47,604 nt of DNA from an uncultured Dehalococcoidales bacterium (lineage in GTDB: Bacteria > Chloroflexota > Dehalococcoidia > GIF9 > AB-539-J10): positions 1 to 47,604 of the forward strand of contig CAZLAL010000090.1 of assembly GCA_964557455.1 (NCBI GenBank), written 5' to 3'. Made by a program: the position numbers and the translations under genes. Positions 18,382 through 28,406 of this stretch are shown here, piece by piece (within the stretch, counting starts at the first letter, position 1; each line of letters begins with the position of its first letter). The notes below the pieces were generated by a model, which was not told the origin of the DNA, did not search any database, and saw nothing but the letters and a program-made list of their open reading frames with translations.

Positions 18382-19806
18382 ATGGACAGAAGTACTATAT
18401 GGAAGGAGGTGGTGGGGGCCGTCCTCAAGACACTAACGGTTGCTCCAGACCCCGCTGCCCGTGAGGTCGGAAAGGTATGGCAGTGGGCGTTTGAGCGACT
18501 TGAAAGGCAACCAGAACAATTCAACCAACTCCAGGGATCGAGGCCAGAACACCTGGACGAACTTGTTCGTGAGTTTCTCCAGATTGCAGAGGCAAGGGCG
18601 CGCGGTCAGTCTGTTTCTGACTTATCTTTTGTGAACAAAGCTGTCCAGCATAGTCTTCCTCTTGAGGATGCCCCGTCTCTCTACCACACAAGTAAAGAGG
18701 TTGCTGACGCACTTGCAGCCTTCGGCATGTTCATCGGGCACCATGGTCATAACGCTATCGATTCGGGAGGCAGATTTCCTTATACGTGCGCTCTATTTGG
18801 TCTTCGTAAAGATGTTCTTCAGGACATCCTCCAGTCAAAGCAGCTTCCAGAGGAACAGCGGAAGATCGTTATGAAGGTTGCCAAACATGTGCCTGCTGGC
18901 GATGGGGCCAAGACCTACTTTCGACGCCTAGAAGCGGCCACCTCGGTCGAGAGGCTATTCGGGTTTTCACGAAAGCTAATTGCTTCTACGGATGTTTACG
19001 CATTGGGCCGAGAGTTCTACCGTCTGTCTTCACAGCGCGGTCCTCGGATTACTCTGACGGTCTCAAATACTTCGGGCTTATGGAACCCGCATGAGAGACT
19101 TGGTACCGCTGAATTCGTACGGCGCTTCGGAAAGAAGCCTGGTGCGACATTACCCTACAAGGACGGCTATCGCGCCACCAATTTCACCGATGGCATCCTC
19201 AACCCAGATCATGCCTGCACAAGAATCTACGTGTACAATTCCAGGGATACATGGTACGCGTTTGAACGTGCACGGCAGGCAGCTCAGAATACTGATGCTT
19301 TTGATGAATACACGAGGCAACTCATGGCCGAGGTTGCCAAAAGAAGCACAGCCTATCCTGGTACTCTTCATCTCATCTCCGTGGAGGATTTCGACGCTTG
19401 TCGGCCTCTGACCCTTGTCACGCGAGCCTCGAAAGATGTGCTCATGTTCAGCAACCGCGGCAGTGACTTTTCGATTGCACATGCCTTCTGGTGTCACCTC
19501 AGGCACTCTCAGGCAAGGAATATCGCAGGTGATGGTGCAAGAATCCTAGCAATCGTTGGAGACCTAGTATCTGCGGGGCTTTTATCGAGTCTGAAGGCAC
19601 TCTTTCCCTTATTAGAGGCGATTATCGGAAGGTCAGCAATTGGCACGAAAGCACGAGAGTTCTATGCTGGTGAGATCGTCAGAGGTAGCCTACGTGGCAG
19701 CGTTGAATCGTTCCAAGAAATGCTCTCAGAAAAGCTCGGTTTGGAGTCTGTCTATGTAACTGCTCCTATTCTTTCGAAAGAACTACGTGCTCGGATCGGC
19801 GGTTAG
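18382..19806 (+). CDS. hypothetical protein (no recognisable family)
   Basis: A 474-aa uninterrupted ORF, too long to be chance at this base composition. No SD sequence and no motif I can name. There is a hydrophobic segment near the C-terminus (ARILAIVGDLVSAGLLSSLKALFPLLEAIIG). Confidence 0.55.
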   Translation: MDRSTIWKEVVGAVLKTLTVAPDPAAREVGKVWQWAFERLERQPEQFNQLQGSRPEHLDELVREFLQIAEARARGQSVSDLSFVNKAVQHSLPLEDAPSLYHTSKEVADALAAFGMFIGHHGHNAIDSGGRFPYTCALFGLRKDVLQDILQSKQLPEEQRKIVMKVAKHVPAGDGAKTYFRRLEAATSVERLFGFSRKLIASTDVYALGREFYRLSSQRGPRITLTVSNTSGLWNPHERLGTAEFVRRFGKKPGATLPYKDGYRATNFTDGILNPDHACTRIYVYNSRDTWYAFERARQAAQNTDAFDEYTRQLMAEVAKRSTAYPGTLHLISVEDFDACRPLTLVTRASKDVLMFSNRGSDFSIAHAFWCHLRHSQARNIAGDGARILAIVGDLVSAGLLSSLKALFPLLEAIIGRSAIGTKAREFYAGEIVRGSLRGSVESFQEMLSEKLGLESVYVTAPILSKELRARIGG

Positions 19807-20340
19807 AGTATCGCCGTGTTGTATCCTGATAAGGACAGACGTCTGGCGACGCTGGCGCATCTCGGTCATCGCCGGGCTCTCAGAACCGCAAAGATGCAAT
19901 AAAGTGCACTGACTCACAATTGATTCGCACCAGCACAGTAGAAGGTAAGTTCAAGTCTATTCATTTTAACAAGCGCAAACTCTGCAGTATCGGCCGAGTG
20001 TAATGGGTCGGTTTGAGTCGCAGAACCACGAGCAAGGCTAGGAATGCAAGCATAACCACAGGAGCACTCGCGTAGTGTCTGTCATACTTCAGTTCTATGG
20101 CAGATTCAACTGAACCACGGTCACGGTGAGAAGAATTGAAGATCCCAAGAGGGAGCGAGCCCGTACGTTGTGTTCGACGTAAGTTTGTCGACTTCGTGGA
20201 GTAACTTCTCGCAGGACAGTGGGACTGCACTTTTGTCAGGATTGTGTAGTAGGTTTCCTGCATCGCAGTAGATTGCTCGTGCCCTTACGAACAAAGCACC
20301 CTAAAGCCTAAAGTGACAGACTTCGGTATTTAGGTGTAAT

Positions 20341-23300
20341 ATGATAGCAAAACCCCTACATGGACTATGCCGAATGTTTGAAGAGAAGAAACAAGGTTTG
20401 CCTGACCAGCCAAGTCCACCATTTCAGAATCGAGGTTTATTTTCTGACCACTTTCTACAGGCACGTCTACCTGAATGGAAGGAATGGAAAGTTGACGCGG
20501 AGCTAGTCCCTTTCCGAGAGAGTCTTCAATCGCTGTATAACTCCAAAAAGTCAATCTTGCCTTACCTTAATGAGGCACAAACGGAGCTGGAATTTGTGCA
20601 ACCGGTGTTATACCTGCTTGGATATGCCAACAGCTATATAGTCCAGGCTCCTACCAAAGTTGGTCAGCATACAAATCGGCCCGATTACGCTTTGTTTCCG
20701 GATATAAAGACCAAAAATAAGGCCTATCAGAAACTGGAGCAAAACGATTATTCCCTGTGCATTGGAATTGCTGATGCCAAATACTGGGAGCGTGAGCTTG
20801 ACTTGACTAAGTCAAGCGACCGTGACACGTTCACAAACCAGAATCCGTCATTTCAGATAGCTGCGTATTTGACCGGCACAAAGCAAAACTGGGGAATCCT
20901 CACTAACGGCAGACTATGGAGGTTATACAACAGCAAGTCTCATTTACCACTGGGTAACTACTACCAAGTTGACCTCGTCCAGCTTCTGGAAGAAGCTCCT
21001 GTGGAAATCTTTAAGTATTTCTATGTTCTCTTCTGTAAGCAGGCCTTGCTTCAGGTTGAGGGTAAATCGCTTTTAGACCGTATTCTTGAAGGCAGTGAGG
21101 AATATACAGTTGAACTCGAAGCTGATATTAAAGACCGTGCCTATGATGTGGTTGAGTTCTTGTGCCGAGGTTTCGCCGCCGACTTTCCGCATGAACGACT
21201 GGCTGATGCGGCTCTAAAGGATATCTATGATAACTCGCTAACCCTTCTCTACCGTCTCCTCTTCGTATTCTACGCTGAGGCTAGGGAACTGCTACCCTTA
21301 ACCACCAATGCAAGTTATCGCGAGAATTACAGCTTAAGAAAATTGACCCATGACATTGACGAGATATTCAAGAAGGGATATGAACTCAGCACCAGCTCAA
21401 CGCAGTACTATCATTACGTTAGCAACCTCTTTCGCTTGATAAATAATGGTGACCCCAAGCTGGGCGTACCGGAGTATAATGGCGGGCTTTTTGACCCGAT
21501 AGAGCATCCGTTTCTTGAGAAGCAAGTGATTTCTGATGCCTATCTGGTTCGAGCAATTTACCAGCTAGCTCGAATTACCGACAAAAAATTAAAACGTGAG
21601 GTGGCTGTTGATTACAACACCCTGAGTGAGAGACATTTGGGCAGTATTTATGAAGGTCTGCTTGAGTTCAAGCCGGTGATAGCACCACACGATTTAGTGA
21701 TTATCAAGGACAAGGGCAGCATAAAATATGCGCCAGCTAATAAGCATCCTGGTAAGAAAGTTGCCTACACAAAGGACGAGCTTTATCTTGCCAATGACAA
21801 AGGCGAGCGAAAAGCGAGTGGTTCTTACTATACACCTGAGTACATAGTCAATTACATTGTGGAGAATACGCTTGACCCACTGGTAGCAGAGGCGCACGAG
21901 AAGGTAAAAACTCTAAAGCCCGAAGTTGCTAAGGTGATTACCGAATGGCAGATACTGAAAGAACAGAAGCAAGGATTAGAGCCAACAGAGAAATATGAGC
22001 GTAAGATAGCTGAAGAAAGTGAAAGACTCCTTGAACCATACCTTGCACTGAAGGTGCTCGACCCGGCTATGGGCAGTGGACACTTCCTGGCACGGGCAAC
22101 GGACTTTCTAGCCGAAGCAATTGCTACTGACCCAGACATTAAATCACCTTTAGAACTCGCCGAAGAATCAGAATTAACTTACTATCGCCGTCGTGTTGTA
22201 GAGAGCTGCATCTATGGCGTTGACCTGAACCCACTGGCTGTCGAGCTTGCCAAGCTTACACTATGGCTAACCACTATGGCTAAATCGAAGCCACTCTCTT
22301 TCCTTAACCATCATCTGAGGGTAGGCAATAGCCTGATTGGCGCCAGAGTAGGTGACCTTGATGAGATACCTAAAGCCAAGGGTAAGAAGAAAGCCATTGA
22401 CCTTAGTCGTGCCTCGGTGCAACTCGGCCTCTTTCAGATCGTGTTTAACCAGAAACTCTACGACCTGCTCCAAAACCGGGCGCTTATTGCCAAACTACCC
22501 ACTGAGACACTGGAGGACGTGCATAACAAGCAAAAATGGGAGGAGGTGTTTGGGCATGACGTACTGCGCTTCCGTATGCTGGCGGATGTTTGGACGAGTA
22601 CATCCTTCGGTAATGAGGTAGCGTGGGACGCTTATAACACGCTGGTTGAGAAACTACAGTCTCCTGACCCCGAGTGGGAGGAACTTACGCAGAAAAAGTA
22701 CGTTCAAAGGGCTCTGGAAAGTTCTAAGGAAAGGCGTTTCTTCCACTGGGAACTAGAATTCCCCGAGGTGTTTTACGATGAACAGGGCAACCGCAAAAAC
22801 AGTGCTGGCTTCGATGCTGTGATTGGTAATCCGCCGTATGATGTCCTGGAGAAGGAACGTTTGGGTACGGAAGATCCTCATGCTGAACTTGCCATATATC
22901 TTGAATCGGAAGCCATTTATCACCCTGCACTTGGTGGCAAAGTCAACTTGTTCAGGCCATTCCTGATTCAGGATTATCAACTATTACGAGATGGCGGACT
23001 GGTGGGGAAAATCATACCTTTAGCTATTGTAAATGATTATTCTTGTGCCAGAACGCGAGCTCATTTGCTTATTAAATCGAGCGTATGTCGTTTAGAGTGC
23101 TTCCCTCAGAAAGACGACCCGAAAGATAGGGTCTTTGAAGATGCAAAGCTATCAACCTGTGTTATTATTTTCGGAAAACCGGGACCCACAAGCCACTTCA
23201 ATATGAGGGTACATCCCGGTAAGCACTTCACAGAAAGTCCGAAAGAGGCTTGTATATCTTTACAAGAGATTAAAGCGATTGACCCTGACATCTTCCCAAT

Positions 23301-24396
23301 CCCTCTCGTGTCTCAAGTCGAGTGGGATATTGCTACCAAAATACACTTACGTTTACCCGTGTGCCACATTTCTCAAATGGCCACCTTAACTCGTGGTGAA
23401 ATGAATCAGACTACTTTTGCAGAGTTTATAACCCGGAGCTCGCGACACCATGAGATGATTAAAGGCGTAGAAATCGACCGTTATGCCAAGCATTGGTATC
23501 TCAGCCAAGGAGAAAAGGAGTGGTTTAATGAGCAACTATACTACCAGAAAACAAAGAATCCCAAGATTATTCCTAATTTCCGTATTGGAATTCAGCGCAT
23601 TACCGGAATAGACGAAGCAGTAAGGCTGAGAGCCACCTTTTTTGACGAACGTGTTTATTTTGCCGATTCGACTAACTCGATAGAAAGTGAAGATGTAACG
23701 AATCTATATTTTTTACTTGCGCTGATAAACTCACGACTCTTCAATTGGCGTTTCAAGTTGACAAGTACTAACAACAATGTTTCTACTAATGAATTGGAGC
23801 GTTTGCCCATCCGGCTTATTCACCTTAATACCCCCGAAAGAGAACGCAAGCAGTTGCTGAATCAAGCTAAAAGGTTATATCAAGAGCACATGGATAGCAA
23901 ATATTGGGATAGAATCCTCACATTTGTGGTCGGACTTTTGCCTCTCAGAGAGGATGGCAAACCAGATACGGAGCATGAGAAATCAGATGTGGTGCATGAC
24001 CTCTTGGCTTTCCTTGCTGGGGAAATGATGCGCCTTAATAAGGAAAAGCAGTCCAGCATTAAGGCATTCTTATCATGGCTGGAGAAGGAAATACTAAAAA
24101 GTTCTGTCGACGACCAGAAGAACAAGACGAAGATAAAGGACTTTCACAACAACACCTTTGAAGACTTGCTGGATGTGCTCAAAAAGAACAACGTTGTTAA
24201 GGACCCGTGCCCATCTGATGTCCGGGATACCATTGCCAGCGAATTTTCGTCTGCCATAAAAGCTCTGACTCCACTCAAGACTCGCATTAAAGCAACTGAT
24301 GACCTTATTGACCAGATAGTTTACAGACTCTACGGGCTTTCCGATGCCGAGATAGCTATCGTGGAAAGGCAGCCAAGTCATAGCAAGCCAGCTTAG
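20341..24396 (+). CDS. type IIG (Eco57I/MmeI-like) restriction-modification fusion: N-terminal PD-(D/E)xK nuclease, N6-adenine methyltransferase and C-terminal specificity region
   Basis: Nuclease candidates RPDYALF...IGIADAKYWE. SAM motif I VLDPAMGSGHFL. FHWELEFPEVF...GFDAVIGNPPYDV (motif IV). C-terminal TRD-like region, and the LIDQIVYRLYGLSDAEIAIVE tail typical of this class. An alternative start is ATG 20374. Confidence 0.85.
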   Translation: MIAKPLHGLCRMFEEKKQGLPDQPSPPFQNRGLFSDHFLQARLPEWKEWKVDAELVPFRESLQSLYNSKKSILPYLNEAQTELEFVQPVLYLLGYANSYIVQAPTKVGQHTNRPDYALFPDIKTKNKAYQKLEQNDYSLCIGIADAKYWERELDLTKSSDRDTFTNQNPSFQIAAYLTGTKQNWGILTNGRLWRLYNSKSHLPLGNYYQVDLVQLLEEAPVEIFKYFYVLFCKQALLQVEGKSLLDRILEGSEEYTVELEADIKDRAYDVVEFLCRGFAADFPHERLADAALKDIYDNSLTLLYRLLFVFYAEARELLPLTTNASYRENYSLRKLTHDIDEIFKKGYELSTSSTQYYHYVSNLFRLINNGDPKLGVPEYNGGLFDPIEHPFLEKQVISDAYLVRAIYQLARITDKKLKREVAVDYNTLSERHLGSIYEGLLEFKPVIAPHDLVIIKDKGSIKYAPANKHPGKKVAYTKDELYLANDKGERKASGSYYTPEYIVNYIVENTLDPLVAEAHEKVKTLKPEVAKVITEWQILKEQKQGLEPTEKYERKIAEESERLLEPYLALKVLDPAMGSGHFLARATDFLAEAIATDPDIKSPLELAEESELTYYRRRVVESCIYGVDLNPLAVELAKLTLWLTTMAKSKPLSFLNHHLRVGNSLIGARVGDLDEIPKAKGKKKAIDLSRASVQLGLFQIVFNQKLYDLLQNRALIAKLPTETLEDVHNKQKWEEVFGHDVLRFRMLADVWTSTSFGNEVAWDAYNTLVEKLQSPDPEWEELTQKKYVQRALESSKERRFFHWELEFPEVFYDEQGNRKNSAGFDAVIGNPPYDVLEKERLGTEDPHAELAIYLESEAIYHPALGGKVNLFRPFLIQDYQLLRDGGLVGKIIPLAIVNDYSCARTRAHLLIKSSVCRLECFPQKDDPKDRVFEDAKLSTCVIIFGKPGPTSHFNMRVHPGKHFTESPKEACISLQEIKAIDPDIFPIPLVSQVEWDIATKIHLRLPVCHISQMATLTRGEMNQTTFAEFITRSSRHHEMIKGVEIDRYAKHWYLSQGEKEWFNEQLYYQKTKNPKIIPNFRIGIQRITGIDEAVRLRATFFDERVYFADSTNSIESEDVTNLYFLLALINSRLFNWRFKLTSTNNNVSTNELERLPIRLIHLNTPERERKQLLNQAKRLYQEHMDSKYWDRILTFVVGLLPLREDGKPDTEHEKSDVVHDLLAFLAGEMMRLNKEKQSSIKAFLSWLEKEILKSSVDDQKNKTKIKDFHNNTFEDLLDVLKKNNVVKDPCPSDVRDTIASEFSSAIKALTPLKTRIKATDDLIDQIVYRLYGLSDAEIAIVERQPSHSKPA

Positions 24397-24482
24397 GGTT
24401 GTTCCACTCCCAAGGGCTGGCTTGACAGATTGCACCTTCCGTCACTTTGTGCAACAGGAGATTCAAAGACCGGATAAGCGGA

Positions 24483-26483
24483 CTATGTACCTTTTTGCCT
24501 ATGGTGTAGCTGTGCTTGTAGTTCACGGTACTTGTCGATGTATTCGTGGATTGCTATCACAACAGCGGCGTGGCTCCAGGTCAGCGGTGAGACACTGAGC
24601 GGAGCATGATTATGCGGATGAACCTGCTCAGCAAGAACACCACTATGGAGAGCGCAGTGCTGAGCCCAGGTGAGGGTTTGAAGGGCCGGCTTTAGGTCAT
24701 CTACCGATTGAGCTCTGGCAGTGTGGTACTGTGCTACCCACATGGTGCAAACAAACCATGGGTTACCGGGAATATTGGCTATGTCCTGGCTGGCTTGCTG
24801 GTAGCGGTCGTTCTCGTAACGGGCAATGCCTCCCACCTCGGTTTTGCAACAAAGCCTGTCCATAAGTACTGCCATCGTGCTCTCAATAAGGGGATCAGTA
24901 GCCTGGAGCATGCCGAAGAGAAAAGGACCGCAAATACTGCTATCAATAGTGTAGTCCGGTTCCACCACACCGTCAGCGTCAACTTTGACCGAGCGCATGA
25001 AGCGCCCCAACTTCTTGTCAAAAAGATACTCAATAGCCGCCTCTTTTATCTCAGCAGCCGCCTGACGGTACCGTTTGGTGAGGGCCACCTCACCAAACAT
25101 TTCCGTAAAATTGGCTGCCGCTTGTAAGCCTGCCCAAACCGCAGCCACGGTAAACGAGTGGATGCCACGGCGTTCCTCCCAAAGGTCATATGAAGGTGCC
25201 GGAAGTTTCGTATGAGGCTCTCTATAGCTAGCCATAAAATCGGCAGCGTTCTTAATCAGCTTTTGATAAAGGGAACGGATGTGCTCTACATTGTGGAACT
25301 TATGGTAGTGGTGCCAGAGGCTGTATATTACTAAAGCAGTCTCATCCTCTTCAATTGGCAGTTGCAGCTTGCCCTCCTCGTCTGCCCAGGGCATCCACTG
25401 GCCCGCCAGATACCCGTCAGCGGTGTACTTGTGAAGGAGATAGCCTTCACTGGTAATGACATTGGCGCAAAAATCGAAGAACTCGTGACTGACTTCATCG
25501 TAGTTGGCCATGTCGAGGGCCTTAGCGGTGAAGGCGCCATCACGACCCCACACATAAGAGTAGATGTCCCCCAAAACTTCGGCGATGTCTGAGTCACTGC
25601 TGGCAATGATAGCGCCGCGGTTATCAGTCTGCACACGCATCGTGAGCAAGCTGCGGCGGTACAGGTCCAATATAGAGGCCGGCAGGCCGGCAAAGTCCAG
25701 CGATTCCTTATTCACCCATGCTCGCCAGTAATCACGGGTGCGTATGATGAATGACTCAGGTCCACGTTCCTTGACCAGAGCGTTGAGTTCCTCGACTCCG
25801 TGGAAATGGGTACTGGCCGCCAGCCAGTGGTAAATGGTTGAGCTTCTTCCAGCGGGCACAGCCTTCTCATAGAGCCCGATGACGCCCTCAGCGAAGCCGC
25901 AGGTAAGAGGCACCTTCTCCAATTTGCCATCTTCGGCATCGCGCCGTGCACTTTGTTTATCCTCTGATTTTATGCTTCCGGTTGTCCAGTCGTCGAGGCC
26001 AACTCTTCCATTTACTTGGCCACCTGCCATGAAGTAACGCTGCTCTTTATACATCACCAATGCCCTCAGTTCTGGGTGGTAGTAGATAGTATCGCTTATT
26101 TCCCTGCCCAGGACCCGTAGCGCATAATGGAAGAATAGACGTACGTCGCGGGGGTAGTCTCGGTGATTGACGATATTAACTCGTCTAAAGAAGATGTCCC
26201 GGTGAAAGTCCACGAGGTCAGAATAGGTGAGGGTAAGCCCTATCTCAGGATTAGTGGCCGTAACTTTGGTGACCAGACTATCGCTTTCATAGACCATTTC
26301 CTTCTGCCACTGGGGGCTGTCAATCCAGGTGAAGTTGCCATCAACCCAGATGCCAGTACGTGATACACAACCTTCGGCATGGTTCTCCTTGCCGACATAA
26401 GGATAGTAGATATCCCGGATGTTGTAATCAGTATCGAAATTGATGAGCAGGTTGCCATTGCCTACAGGTAAGTCTCTAGGCAT
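24483..26483 (-). CDS. glycoside hydrolase family 15 (glucoamylase/trehalase-like)
   Basis: 666 aa. The N-terminal beta-sandwich start (VGNGNLLINFDTDYNIRDIYYP) and the (alpha/alpha)6 region blocks (YSYVWGRDGAF, SYDLWEER, PNPWFVCTMW, LAEQV) follow the GH15 pattern. GGAGGG RBS upstream. Confidence 0.85.
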   Translation of the reverse strand: MPRDLPVGNGNLLINFDTDYNIRDIYYPYVGKENHAEGCVSRTGIWVDGNFTWIDSPQWQKEMVYESDSLVTKVTATNPEIGLTLTYSDLVDFHRDIFFRRVNIVNHRDYPRDVRLFFHYALRVLGREISDTIYYHPELRALVMYKEQRYFMAGGQVNGRVGLDDWTTGSIKSEDKQSARRDAEDGKLEKVPLTCGFAEGVIGLYEKAVPAGRSSTIYHWLAASTHFHGVEELNALVKERGPESFIIRTRDYWRAWVNKESLDFAGLPASILDLYRRSLLTMRVQTDNRGAIIASSDSDIAEVLGDIYSYVWGRDGAFTAKALDMANYDEVSHEFFDFCANVITSEGYLLHKYTADGYLAGQWMPWADEEGKLQLPIEEDETALVIYSLWHHYHKFHNVEHIRSLYQKLIKNAADFMASYREPHTKLPAPSYDLWEERRGIHSFTVAAVWAGLQAAANFTEMFGEVALTKRYRQAAAEIKEAAIEYLFDKKLGRFMRSVKVDADGVVEPDYTIDSSICGPFLFGMLQATDPLIESTMAVLMDRLCCKTEVGGIARYENDRYQQASQDIANIPGNPWFVCTMWVAQYHTARAQSVDDLKPALQTLTWAQHCALHSGVLAEQVHPHNHAPLSVSPLTWSHAAVVIAIHEYIDKYRELQAQLHHRQKGT

Positions 26484-26510
26484 GTTAGTTGTTACACTAC
26501 CCTCCTCTCT

Positions 26511-26730
26511 CGCTTTAATACACTATTATAGACCTCTAGGGTTTTCTGAGATGCTGGATTTCGTGAAAGTCTCTCTGCAGTCTCTCGGGCACGCTCAGCC
26601 GTAGCCTTTCTAAGTCCGGCCGATTTAATACAGTATTATAGACCTCCAAGGTTTTCTGAGCTACCTGATCCCATGAGAATTTTTCTGCGGTTTCCCTAGC
26701 ACGCTCACCCATGGTCTTTCTAAGTCCAGC
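26511..26730. repeat. tandem direct duplication, 2 x 110 bp, 85/110 identical
   Basis: 26511-26620 and 26621-26730 align without gaps (my count: 85 of 110 matches). The unit is the 3' end of the GT4 gene. Confidence 0.85.
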
Positions 26731-27804
26731 ACTTGAAAGCAGCAACTCGATTTTTGCTGCCAGGCCGTTGACATCGGAGGGGGCTCTAAGTAGGAGGCCA
26801 TTTACCCCATCGATTATGAGATCGGCAGCTCCGGCAACCCTGCTGGTGATTACAGGCAAGCCGCTGGCCATAGCCTCGACGATGACCAGACCAAAGGGCT
26901 CATATATGGTAGGAAGAACGAATATATCGCTAGCAGCATAGTATTCCCAAAGATTGCTGCTGTGAGGAACAAAGATTATCCTCTCCCTCACCCGCTTTAG
27001 CTCCGCAAGCTGGCCGTAGAATTTCTCGTCATCGCTACCAATAATTATAAGTTTGACGTTTCTTTCCGAAAGCAGTGGAAGTACTTCTATGATATACCGA
27101 ACTCCCTTCCTTTCCCAATCGCCTCCAGCGAACATCAGTAATGGATCACTACGGGATACAGCATGCTTTTGCCTGATCTGGCCTCTATAGAGCAGCCGAT
27201 TAGTCGGGTGGAATCTGAGAGTATCTACTCCATTAGGGATTACGATGATGTCTTTGGCCGCATCACCGTAATGGCGGGCAAACTCCTTTTGCATAGCCTG
27301 AGAAACTACAATACACGCTTTAGAGTTGCTGCGATGAATTATCAGCCCCTCAACAAAGCATAGCAGGCTGCGATACAGCCTGTGGTCCAAGGCTTTCAGT
27401 TTTTGCCAGACACTCCTGCATGGTATCTTAATTATGTTAGCTTTTTCGAGACACCGGCACTCTCTCTCACAGAAATGAGAGGTTATAACGTTTGAAGAAA
27501 AGGCAGAGTCATACCCTGTCGAATGAATGATGTCAAAGTCTGTTTTTCTGAGAAGGGAAAGAGCGGCAAGAAGTAAGGTACTGGATATCAAGAAGGTAAT
27601 GTGTGCCAAAGACTTGCCACATCTGAGTGCTGGCACCTTATAGTGCTTAACTTTGAGTAAGTCAATTCCATTTATAGTATTAGAAAAAACCGAAACCTGA
27701 TGATCCTCACAAAGCCTTTCGACTAGGTGAGCGGTGACGGTTGCTGGCCCTGTTTCAAAGTTAACGTGATGCGCAATGAAAGCGATCTTCAAGCTTATCT
27801 CCAA
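26536..27804 (-). CDS. GT4-family glycosyltransferase (glycosyl transferases group 1)
   Basis: The GT-B C-terminal block PTIYEPFGLVIVEAMASGLPVITSRVAGAADLI is the EX7E-type GT4 signature. The likelier start is TTG 27792 (MKIAFIAHH), 6 nt after GGAG. The last 28 codons come from an out-of-frame duplicated copy of the gene's 3' end (see the repeat feature). Confidence 0.85.
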   Translation of the reverse strand: MEISLKIAFIAHHVNFETGPATVTAHLVERLCEDHQVSVFSNTINGIDLLKVKHYKVPALRCGKSLAHITFLISSTLLLAALSLLRKTDFDIIHSTGYDSAFSSNVITSHFCERECRCLEKANIIKIPCRSVWQKLKALDHRLYRSLLCFVEGLIIHRSNSKACIVVSQAMQKEFARHYGDAAKDIIVIPNGVDTLRFHPTNRLLYRGQIRQKHAVSRSDPLLMFAGGDWERKGVRYIIEVLPLLSERNVKLIIIGSDDEKFYGQLAELKRVRERIIFVPHSSNLWEYYAASDIFVLPTIYEPFGLVIVEAMASGLPVITSRVAGAADLIIDGVNGLLLRAPSDVNGLAAKIELLLSSAGLRKTMGERARETAEKFSWDQVAQKTLEVYNTVLNRPDLERLRLSVPERLQRDFHEIQHLRKP

Positions 27805-27831
27805 AAGGGGCCTCTAGCATAGGGACTTAGT

Positions 27832-27899
27832 ATATGGTGCTTTTGCGGGAGAGCACCAGACTTTGGTTCAAAGAGCTACTGCCAACCCTACCACCAAGG
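27832..27899 (+). pseudogene. decayed tRNA-Ala-like remnant, same orientation as tRNA-Ala at 4557
   Basis: GCgGGGAGAGCAC (27845-27856) matches the D-arm 4572-4583 at 12/13. GGTTCAA (27865-27871) matches the T-loop GGTTCGAA. CCCTA plus CCACCAAGG (27886-27899) matches 4619-4623 plus 4627-4635. The order and strand are conserved, and the spacing is 9 nt shorter. It does not fold into a cloverleaf by eye. Confidence 0.35.
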
Positions 27900-28406
27900 C
27901 CGCCGCTAAATGGCGCTTGCCATCTGGAACTATAAATATTATACCACAATGGACACGGTGTGCATAGAAACTTACTCTATGTCAGCTGCTGCGCAAGGGG
28001 TCGAGTCTAAACAAAGGGTGCAAGCTCCAAAGTAACGAATACAATTCACATTGAGATGAACAAAAAGCCATAAGGTGTAATATTGGCCTCCCGAGCAGAA
28101 GAATAGCACGTACTCTCTTGAGGTTCACCTAATCACTTACTGGCTAACCGCCGCAATTCCGATCAGCCCTGCTATGCCAGTAAACGTCACGCTTTCACTA
28201 ACAGCCAGTTCGAACCACTTCTTACATAAGCAACCCGACGAAAACGGTATAGGCAATGCCGACCGAGTTCTGAATACTACATCGGCAGTAATCGAAATCT
28301 TGACGGGAGCCCCGAAGGGGCAAGACAAGCCCAGCAAGGCTATAACAATACAGCAGGTCGGAAAGGTTGCTTTCATTAGCCCTGATAAACGCGTCATAGT
28401 AAGTAA

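Noticed and set aside
19961-20263. 100-aa minus ORF containing SHRDRGS, vaguely like the DDE-transposase HSDRGSQY block
   Set aside because: This is a single short motif with no other DDE landmarks, no terminal inverted repeats and no flanking target duplication. I treat it as non-coding spacer or unrecognisable debris.
28137-28397. 86-aa minus ORF, and the overlapping 81-aa + ORF 28174-28419 next to the GCTA repeat
   Set aside because: Neither has an RBS or a recognisable motif. They overlap each other almost completely, so at most one is real, and I cannot decide which.
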